Assembly: GCA_037133055.1 (NCBI GenBank)
Contig: JBAXOY010000079.1
Span: 1 to 14,808, forward strand
Origin: Chlamydiota bacterium
GTDB lineage: Bacteria; Auribacterota; Tritonobacteria; UBA1439
Direction of reading: 5' to 3'
Length of the DNA stretch: 14,808 nt
Part shown: positions 1 through 7,100 of the stretch, piece by piece
How positions within the stretch are numbered: the stretch's first letter is position 1
Layout of the letters: the number at the start of each line of letters is the position of its first letter
Translations under genes and position numbers: made by a program
The notes under the pieces: model-generated
Seen by the model: the letters and a program-made list of their open reading frames with translations, nothing else
Told to the model about the DNA's origin: nothing
Databases searched by the model: none

Positions 1-93
1 TATATACTCCGAAGGAGGCGAAAGCGCAATGCGAATCGCGGCGAATCGCGGCGCATATAAATAGGACAGTCGTGGGGGGTACAACTCCTATTC

Positions 94-121
94 TGTCATC
101 CCGACGAAAGCCGGGATCCAG
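94..121. repeat. REP-like hairpin of the GTCATYCC...GAAA...GGRATCCA type
   Basis: TGTCATCCCGACGAAAGCCGGGATCCAG: stem ATCCCG(A)C / G(C)CGGGAT with one mismatch and a GAAA tetraloop; resembles the widespread GTCATTCCCGCGAAAGCGGGAATCCA extragenic palindromes. Only one copy in the window. Confidence 0.65.
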
Positions 122-133
122 CTTTGAAGCAGC

Positions 134-517
134 ACGCAGATGAACGCAGATCGTCAGGATAGACAGGATACAAAAGGGTGACAAAAGCGGCTGGATACCC
201 GAATTGGACGCAGATTTCGCAAGATGAACGCAGATACTATGGGGAATATTTGAGACGCCATACTTTTACAAGAGCAGATGGGACGCGGATTGCCGCGGAT
301 GAACGCGGATTTTTAACGCAGCGTGCTACCATCTTTAATCTTGAACCATTGTGGTATCTGCGTGCTCTGCGTTCATCTGCGTCCTGAAACCCTTTTTATC
401 TTTGTCCCGCATTTTATCCGCGTTCATCCGCGGCAATCCGCGTCCTATCCACCCATTGAAAGCCTGAGCCGTTTCTCAATCTGCGTTCATCCTGACGATC
501 TGCGTTCATCTGCGTCC
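134..517. repeat. Array of six ~30-bp units made of 10-bp ACGCRGAT subunits, three forward then three inverted
   Basis: Forward units 134-160, 206-237, 281-310; reverse units 354-384, 416-445, 479-517. 134-160 is the perfect reverse complement of 489-515 (27 bp); 281-310 is the perfect reverse complement of 416-445 (30 bp); 206-237 pairs imperfectly with 354-384. Unique spacers of ~30-45 bp. Confidence 0.92.
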
Positions 518-591
518 CGGCGTTGAAGCGTGTAACGCCGGTCTCCCGCTACAAAGAACGCGAGACTACTCACCGATGTTCGAAGACCCGG

Positions 592-1122
592 TCAGGCCTC
601 TTTCACCTTGTCCGCCAGCTTGGTAAGGCGGCAGATGCGGATGATCTCGATCCTTCCGCCCATGCCGATGGCCGCGCAGTCTGCGCGGAACTCCTGGACC
701 ACGCCGATGCGGTCTTTGCCGCTGTCCGTCCTCCAGCCGACCAGGTTGCCGACCCTGATCTCAGTCGGAACCGAGGGACGCCTGCTGGGCTTCGCGGGAG
801 TCATCTGGGAATATCTCACCCAGACCGGCTCGGCCTGCTCCGCCCCGCCGACGACCAGGATCGAGGGAGCGCCTTCGGCGCCCATTTTCCTGATCACGAT
901 CTTCGCGGCCTTGCGGCCTCTCTTCCTGCCCCTCTTCGCCTTCTTTGCGGGCTTGGGGGCTGCCTTCTTCACGGGCTTTACCGCGGCCACGGCGGCGACC
1001 TTCCTGGCCTGCTTTTTCGCGGCCTTTTTCCCCGCCCTTTTGCCCTTCTTCAGGGCCTTCTTCACCGCCTTCTTCTCGGCGGGAGACTCCATGGATTTCG
1101 TGGAGATACTTTCCTCGATCAT
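592..1122 (-). CDS. Histone H1-like Lys/Ala-rich basic protein with predicted SH3/KOW-like C-terminal domain (176 aa)
   Basis: AAGGAGG RBS 6 nt before the ATG; aa 17-74 have 28 K/R and no acidic residues (KKAAKK, KPAKKAK, KRGRKRGRK); C-terminus IRVGNLVGW...GKDRIGVVQEF...IEII.ICRL has a small beta-barrel pattern. Confidence 0.82.
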   Translation of the reverse strand: MIEESISTKSMESPAEKKAVKKALKKGKRAGKKAAKKQARKVAAVAAVKPVKKAAPKPAKKAKRGRKRGRKAAKIVIRKMGAEGAPSILVVGGAEQAEPVWVRYSQMTPAKPSRRPSVPTEIRVGNLVGWRTDSGKDRIGVVQEFRADCAAIGMGGRIEIIRICRLTKLADKVKEA

Positions 1123-1329
1123 GTGAATCCTCCTTCCTTTCTTTCAGCGCATCCCCGCGCACCTGCTGCGCGAGGCCTCCATTACAGGGCGCAGGCTGCT
1201 GCAACCCGCACCAGAGTCACTTCACGCCGTCATGATATCAGGAAAGCCGCCGATGTCCAGAGAAATGATTGTCCCCCCACGTGAGACCGGCAGCGGGAAT
1301 GGCGGAAAATGGCAGTGCGACCATTTCCG

Positions 1330-1338
1330 TGCTATACT
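1330..1338 (+). promoter_or_regulatory. Extended -10 element (TGCTATACT)
   Basis: TGn + TATACT, 6 nt upstream of ATG 1345; the identical 9-mer occurs at 4131-4139. Confidence 0.55.
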
Positions 1339-1344
1339 ATTTTT

Positions 1345-2685
1345 ATGCACCGTTTCACCCTTCTTATTCTCGCCGCCTTTCTCAGCGTCCCGGCCGCGTC
1401 TGGCCTTGCGGAGACGTGGGGATGGTCCGGGACCGCCCCCCTCCCGGGGGCGGATGACGCCTTCCGCCTCCTCTCCGCGGACGACGGGTCGCTCTACGCG
1501 GCCACGGGACCCAAGGGCGCGGTATTCAGGACGGACGACGGCGGGGCGACATGGTCCCTTACCGCGGCACTCCCGGGCGCGCGGCAGATTTACGCGCTTC
1601 TCCAGGCCCAGGGCGGCGCTGTGTACGCCGGGACGTCGCCCGGGGGGACCCTTTTCAGGACTGTCGACGGCGGCGCATCGTGGTCCGCCGCGTTCTCCGC
1701 ACCCGGCGTGTCCGAGGTCAAATCACTCGCGCGGACATCCGACGGCTCCCTCTACGCGGGCACCGGGCCCGAGGGCCGCGTTTTCGTGACGCGAGACGGG
1801 GGCACATCGTGGGACGAGACCGGCGGACTCGCGGGCGCGCGGTTCGTCTACTGCCTCCTCGCCGCGTCCGACGGCTCCGTCTACGCGGGCACGGACTGCG
1901 GCGTCTTCGTGACGCGCGATGGGGGCGCACGCTGGGACGGCACCGGGGGGCCTCCGGACGCCTCCCACATCTTCCGTCTCGCGGAAGCGGGTGACGGGAC
2001 GATGTATGCCGGCTGCGACGGGACGGTGTTCGCGACATCCTGGGAGGGAGCCCCGTGGCGCTCAACCGGGAGGCTGAGCCCTCTCGCGTACGCCGTCTTC
2101 AGCTTTGCGGATGTTTCCGGCACCCTCTTCGCGGGAACCGGAACCGACGGCGCCATCCACGCGCTGGCCCCGGACGGGCAGGGCTGGCGGCCAGTCGCCG
2201 CGTTCAAGGGCGCGCCGAACGTCTACGATCTTCTCCCGATGCCCGGCGGCATTGCGTATGCCGCGGTCGGCGGAAGGCCCGGCGGCGGGGCGGTCTTCGC
2301 CTTCGCTCCCCTCCTGAGTCTCACGGCGAGCAACGCCGCACCCGCCCCCGGAGAACCGTTGACGGTGAAGGTCGCCGTCCGCCCGGTCGCGGCGCGCTTC
2401 GACGCGTACGTGGTCGTCACCGGCCCGGGGGGGACCTACTCGTGCAGCCCGGATACCCCGGGTGCGCTCGTCCCCGGCGTCCGCCCGTTCCTCCGCGGCG
2501 TTCCCGGTCTCGCGGTCCCCGTGTCGCTTCCCGTGCTCGCCTTCCCCGCGATTCCCTTCGGAACGCCGCCCGGCACATGGACCGTCATCGCCGGTCTCGT
2601 CCCCCCCGGCTCCCCCCCGTCGGAGCGCGGGGCCATCCCGGGATATCTCGACTCGCGGACCATCGAGATCCGGGCTTGGGACTAA
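1345..2685 (+). CDS. Secreted BNR/Asp-box repeat beta-propeller protein with a ~120-aa C-terminal domain
   Basis: Start moved from 1309 to ATG 1345 to give signal peptide MHRFTLLILAAFLSVPAASGLA. Blade repeats of ~40-45 aa: (D/G)G(S/A/T)(L/V/M)YAG plus Asp-boxes FRTDDGGATW, FRTVDGGASW, FVTRDGGTSW, FVTRDGGARW and degenerate copies. Distinct C-terminal domain at ~2311-2685. Confidence 0.88.
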   Translation: MHRFTLLILAAFLSVPAASGLAETWGWSGTAPLPGADDAFRLLSADDGSLYAATGPKGAVFRTDDGGATWSLTAALPGARQIYALLQAQGGAVYAGTSPGGTLFRTVDGGASWSAAFSAPGVSEVKSLARTSDGSLYAGTGPEGRVFVTRDGGTSWDETGGLAGARFVYCLLAASDGSVYAGTDCGVFVTRDGGARWDGTGGPPDASHIFRLAEAGDGTMYAGCDGTVFATSWEGAPWRSTGRLSPLAYAVFSFADVSGTLFAGTGTDGAIHALAPDGQGWRPVAAFKGAPNVYDLLPMPGGIAYAAVGGRPGGGAVFAFAPLLSLTASNAAPAPGEPLTVKVAVRPVAARFDAYVVVTGPGGTYSCSPDTPGALVPGVRPFLRGVPGLAVPVSLPVLAFPAIPFGTPPGTWTVIAGLVPPGSPPSERGAIPGYLDSRTIEIRAWD

Positions 2686-2699
2686 CACCCTTTTGCGTC

Positions 2700-2736
2700 G
2701 CATGCCCGAACAGCGTTCCCGACAGCATGCCCGAAC
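2700..2736. repeat. 12-bp direct repeat GCATGCCCGAAC (2700-2711, 2725-2736)
   Basis: Two perfect copies 25 bp apart, ending 4 bp upstream of a TTGACA box. Confidence 0.7.
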
Positions 2737-2740
2737 TGTC

Positions 2741-2769
2741 TTGACACGCCGCATCGCCTGGCGGATACT
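2741..2769 (+). promoter_or_regulatory. Sigma70-type promoter
   Basis: TTGACA (2741-2746), 17-bp spacer, GATACT (2764-2769), upstream of the 2841 gene. Confidence 0.65.
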
Positions 2770-2840
2770 ACCCCTGATGCGGGAAACCGAATGCGCCGGC
2801 GAATACCTGCCGGCCGGACAGGCTCCCGGGGAGGCATACG

Positions 2841-3089
2841 ATGAAAGTGCTGCTGTTCATCATACTCCTGGCCGCTGCGATCGCGGCGTATTACCGCTAC
2901 GTCCATACGCCGGGGGATCAAGCCGGGACGCCCGCCACGGTCTCCTCGACGGCTCCCGCGCAGCCGGCCTCGGGCGGGCAGATGATGATCGAGCGCGCCA
3001 CGGGCAAGACCGCCGTGGACCAGGGGATGAAGGTCCGCCAGGTCATCCAGAAGGCGAACACCTCAAACGCCCGGATGCCGAACTTTTGA
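2841..3089 (+). CDS. Small hypothetical protein with N-terminal membrane anchor/signal (82 aa)
   Basis: GGAGG RBS 6 nt before the ATG; hydrophobic N-terminus VLLFIILLAAAIAAYY, P/A/S/T linker, then predicted helical tail IERATGKTAVDQGMKVRQVIQKAN; GC3-rich codons. Confidence 0.8.
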   Translation: MKVLLFIILLAAAIAAYYRYVHTPGDQAGTPATVSSTAPAQPASGGQMMIERATGKTAVDQGMKVRQVIQKANTSNARMPNF

Positions 3090-3126
3090 GGCCGCTCCTC
3101 CCGCGGGCATGTCACCCTCACGCGCC

Positions 3127-3954
3127 ATGAAGACATTCACCGCCGCCCTCATCCAGTTCCAGGTCGCGGACGATCCTGAGGCGAACCTCCGCCGCATCGA
3201 GGAGGGGCTCCGCGAAGCCGCAGCGCGCGGCGCAAAGCTCGTGTGCGGCCCCGAACTGTTCCTCTGCCCCTGCACGCCCGAGAGTATCTCCGCACACGCG
3301 GCCGCCATCCCCGGCGCACTGACCGGGCGCCTCGCCGAGCTCGCCCGCCGACACTCCGTCTACTTCGTCCCCGGCAGCATCCCCGAGCGGCGCGAGGGCG
3401 GGAAGCCGTACAACACCCTCGTCGCATTCGGCCCCGACGGCTCGCTTATCGGCGCCTATCGCAAGCGCCACCTCTTCCGCGTGGAGTTCCGCGGCTCCTT
3501 CGCGCACGATGAGCGGGACTACCTCTCCCCGGGCTGCGAACCCGCCCCCATCATCGAGACCCCCCTCGCCCGCATCGGAACGAGCATCTGCTACGACCTG
3601 CGCTTCCCGGAGCAGACACTCCGCCTCGCGCTCGACGGGGCCGAGATTATCGTCGTCCCCTCGGCATTCACGAAGCTCACCGGCCAGGCGCACTGGCATG
3701 TCCTCTGCCGCGCCCGGGCGATCGAGACCGGCTGCTTCCTCCTCGCCCCCGATCAGGCCGGGACCCCTCCCGGCGGCCCCGCGCGCTACGGCCGCAGCAC
3801 CATCGTCGGCCCGTGGGGCGACGTGCTCGCCGTGGCCGGGGACGGCGACGAGGTGATCACCGCCGAGCTCCCCGCGGAGTCCCTCGCGGAGGCGCGCGCC
3901 CGGATGCGATCCCTCGCCGACCGCGTCCGGGGCGATTCCGTGCCGGAGCCGTGA
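3127..3954 (+). CDS. Carbon-nitrogen hydrolase (nitrilase superfamily), Nit1/YbeM-like amidase
   Basis: Glu-Lys-Cys triad motifs CGPELF, YRKRHLF, ICYDLRFPE; also PSAFTKLTGQAHWHVLCRARAIE and GRSTIVGPWG typical of Nit1/YbeM. Start 3127 (MKTFTAALIQ) preferred; 3109 is possible. Confidence 0.93.
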   Translation: MKTFTAALIQFQVADDPEANLRRIEEGLREAAARGAKLVCGPELFLCPCTPESISAHAAAIPGALTGRLAELARRHSVYFVPGSIPERREGGKPYNTLVAFGPDGSLIGAYRKRHLFRVEFRGSFAHDERDYLSPGCEPAPIIETPLARIGTSICYDLRFPEQTLRLALDGAEIIVVPSAFTKLTGQAHWHVLCRARAIETGCFLLAPDQAGTPPGGPARYGRSTIVGPWGDVLAVAGDGDEVITAELPAESLAEARARMRSLADRVRGDSVPEP

Positions 3955-4130
3955 GCCGCACGGCCGCCGCACGCGGTCATACCGTCAGGTCAAACCAGTC
4001 CAGCATGATCATACCGTTCCCGGGCGCCCGCACCGATCCGACACGCCCACCTAAAAATACTCTCACCCTATTAGTCGTATCCGGGCTGTTTTTATTACAA
4101 GAAATTATATTATTGTCGGCGGAATGAAAC

Positions 4131-4139
4131 TGCTATACT
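4131..4139 (+). promoter_or_regulatory. Extended -10 element (TGCTATACT) with upstream AT-rich tract
   Basis: TGn + TATACT about 40 nt upstream of ATG 4181; AT-rich segment at ~4089-4115. Confidence 0.55.
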
Positions 4140-4180
4140 GCCTCCACGATACTTGCATTCTCTCAAAGAGGAGAACGATC

Positions 4181-7100
4181 ATGGAAATGCACTCAGCGCT
4201 CATTTTTCCGATGCCCCGCGTGTACCGCGCCGGCCTGCGGGCCGGGCGGGCGGCCGCCTTCCTCGCCGCCGCGCTGCCCTTCCTCTGCTCGACCATCGCG
4301 CATGCACAGCCCTGCTGCATCGGCCCACAGAGCGCCACGCTCGCGACCGCGTCGACGAACAGCACCACGCTCGCCGACACCGGCCTCGAGGTCACGGTCA
4401 ACCTCTCCTCGGCGGGGGCCATCGCCGTCTACACATCTTTCACCGCCGAGTCGACCAGCGACACCGGGAACGGCACCTGGGACCTCAGGGTGGACAACAC
4501 GACCTCCAGCCAGTTGATCCAGCGCTACCTGAGCGGTGTCTTCGACACCGACATGGCCGGGGCGGTCACTATCTTCACCGGGCTCTCAAGCGGCAACCAC
4601 ACCATACGGCTGCGGCACGCGTCCCCCACGCATGCGAAAACGCTCGTGACCCGTGACGCGATCATGGTCGCCTTCCCGCTCACGACGTCGTGCGGGGCAA
4701 GTTTCAACTACGGCGTCGACACCCTTGACGCGACGGGAGACTCGACCAACGGGACGAGCTTCAGCCCCGTGGCCGGTCTGGCGACGCAGGTGACCCTCGA
4801 CGCACCGGCGCGCATCTTCGTTTCCGCAGTGCTCGACGCGCAGCAGATCCCCCCCGCCTCCGACCGCACCGGTGAATGGGAGGTCCAGGTGGGGAGCGGC
4901 GTCACCTTCACCACCGTCGGGCAGCCGGTCCAGCGTGGGCTGATCGGGGCCAGCGACATGGGCTGCGTGATGCTCCAGGGGCTCTCGGACGAGCTCGCGC
5001 CGGGGACATACGATATCAGGGTGCAGCACAGGACAAGCGTCGCGGCCGCCGAGATCCTGACGTTCAACGCTACCCTGCAGGCGATCGCGCTCAGCACCTC
5101 GACGGGCGGCGGCTACACGCTCCAGTCGGCGCAGGTGACCTACGGGACCCCGGCCCTCTCCACCAGTTCGACGACGCTTGCGAACATCACCCAGACGCAA
5201 CTCGCCCTCTCCCTCGGCAGCAACAGCCCGATCTTCGCCGCATCGAGCCTCAGCAGCGAGATACCCGGCGCCGGCACCACCTCGAGGACGGCGAGCTTCG
5301 ATCTGCGCATAGACGGCGTCTCCGTTTCACCGACCGGGCTTCACGACCTCTCCGCCGCCAGCGACCTCGACGCGGGCGGCCTCTTCGGGTTGAGCGGGCT
5401 GCTCACCTCCGGCTCGCACGCCGCCTTCATGCGGGACGCGACGAGTTCCTCTACGAATCAGATCGCCGCGAGCAACATCACGCTTGTCCTGCTCGGGATG
5501 TGCGCGCAGCCCCCGCCCACCCCCACGCCGACGATTACCCCGACGCCGACTCGGACGCCCACGCGGACCCCGACGCCGACTCGGACCCCGACCTCCACGC
5601 GCACACCCACGAGGACGCCGACCGTCACCCCCACGCGCACGCCGACAAGGACATCGACGCCGACGATCACCCCGACGCCCACGAGGACGCCCACCTGCAC
5701 GCCCGGCGTCACGCCGCATCTCGTCGCCGGCAAGTCGGTCACGCCGCTTCCCGCATGCGAGACCGCGCAGGTCACCCTTACGGTGACGGGCGCCGGCGAT
5801 TCGGTGTGCGTACGTCTCCCGCTGGATGTGATGCTGGTGCTCGACTGTTCGGGCTCGATGAGCGGCACCAAGCTCGCCAATATGAAAGTGGCCGCAAAGA
5901 GCATGGTGGACCAGCTCGACCCGCTTCAGGACAGGGTAGGGCTCGCCTCGTATTCCACGACGGCGACCCTGGACGACAGCCTGACCTCCAATTTCTCCCA
6001 GGTCAAAACCGATATCGATGGCCTCTCCGCCTCGGGCTGGACCAATATCGGCGACGGCGTGTTCGTGGGGCAAAACGACATCGCGACCAACGGCCGGCCC
6101 ATCGCCGTCAAGGTCATGGTGGTCCTGACCGACGGCGTCGCCAATCGCAGCCATGGCGGCAACATCTGCCCCGACGAGCCGACCACCGCGAACAATTGCA
6201 CCAACGACGCGATCAACCAGGCCGCGGCCGCCAAATCCGCCGGCACGACGGTATTCACCGTCGGCCTCGGCCTGAATGTCTTCTCGCCCGCCACGCAGGC
6301 CCTTGCGCGGCAGGTCCTCCAGACGATGGCGTCGAGCCTGAGCGACTATTTCGAGACGAACAACCCCGCCGATCTCCAGGGCATCTTCGACGCGATCGCC
6401 AACACCATCACCAACACCGCGGGCACCAACGCCGTCGTCACCGATTTCCTGCCGCCGGATGTCCATTACATCCCCGACTCCGCGATCCCGGCCCCCACCA
6501 CCGCCGTCGGGCAGACCCTGACCTGGAACCTTGGCCTCATCGCCCTCGGCGACGTGCACACGATCACCTTCAGCGTTTCCCTCAACCCGGCCGTGCCCGA
6601 CCAACTGGTGGATGTCTATCCGGACTCACAGGTGAATTACACCGACTATCAGGGGGGCGACGCCTTCGTCGCCTTCCCGGAGACGCGCGTCACGGTGAAT
6701 TTCTGCCCCACCAAAACGCCGACGGTGACCCCGACACCGACAGCCACGCGGACGCCGACCCCGACGCGGACGCCGACCATCACCCCGACCCTCACGCCGA
6801 CGGAAACGCCGACCGAGACGCCGACCATCACCCCGACACCGACGATCACCCCGACGCCCACGGAGACGCCGACCGGCACCCTGCCGCCCACGGAGACGCC
6901 GACGATAACCCCGACGCCCACGGAGACGCCGACGGAAACGCCCACGCGGACGCCGACCTTCACGCCGACCGAGACGCCGACCGAGACGCCGACCGAGACG
7001 CCGACCTCTACGCCGACCTTCACGCCGACCGAGACGCCGACCGTGACGCCCACGCCGACGCCCACGCGGACGGCGACGCCCACACGGACATCAACCCCCA

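Noticed and set aside
12..64. AAGGAGG followed by an 11-codon ORF (29-64) and a GCGAATCGCG x2 tandem
   Set aside because: Long RBS spacing (10 nt), tiny ORF and window-edge context; not supportable.
134..517. CRISPR array
   Set aside because: Period is CRISPR-like, but units are non-identical, internally tandem and flip orientation midway; no cas genes in the window.
178..526. ORFs 178-387 and 323-526
   Set aside because: They are translations of the repeat array (TQISQDERR, ICVHLR); no RBS or family features.
1345..2310. Specific enzyme call (sialidase, GH74, Ycf48) for the propeller
   Set aside because: Asp-boxes are generic; no family-specific catalytic motifs recognised.
2774..2793. 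Hammerhead-like CTGATG-CGGGAAACC-GAAT
   Set aside because: Two core mismatches (CUGAUGA and GAAA not met) and no convincing stems I/III.
2777..3130. Leaderless ORF from ATG 2777 whose stop overlaps the amidase start
   Set aside because: Overlaps the better-supported 82-aa gene out of frame and has shadow-ORF composition.
3955..4120. c-di-GMP-I riboswitch (GGTCAAACC) or TCATACCGT x2 operator upstream of the adhesin
   Set aside because: Lacks the GAAA tetraloop and GCAAAGC elements; the 9-bp repeat (3977, 4009) alone is too weak.
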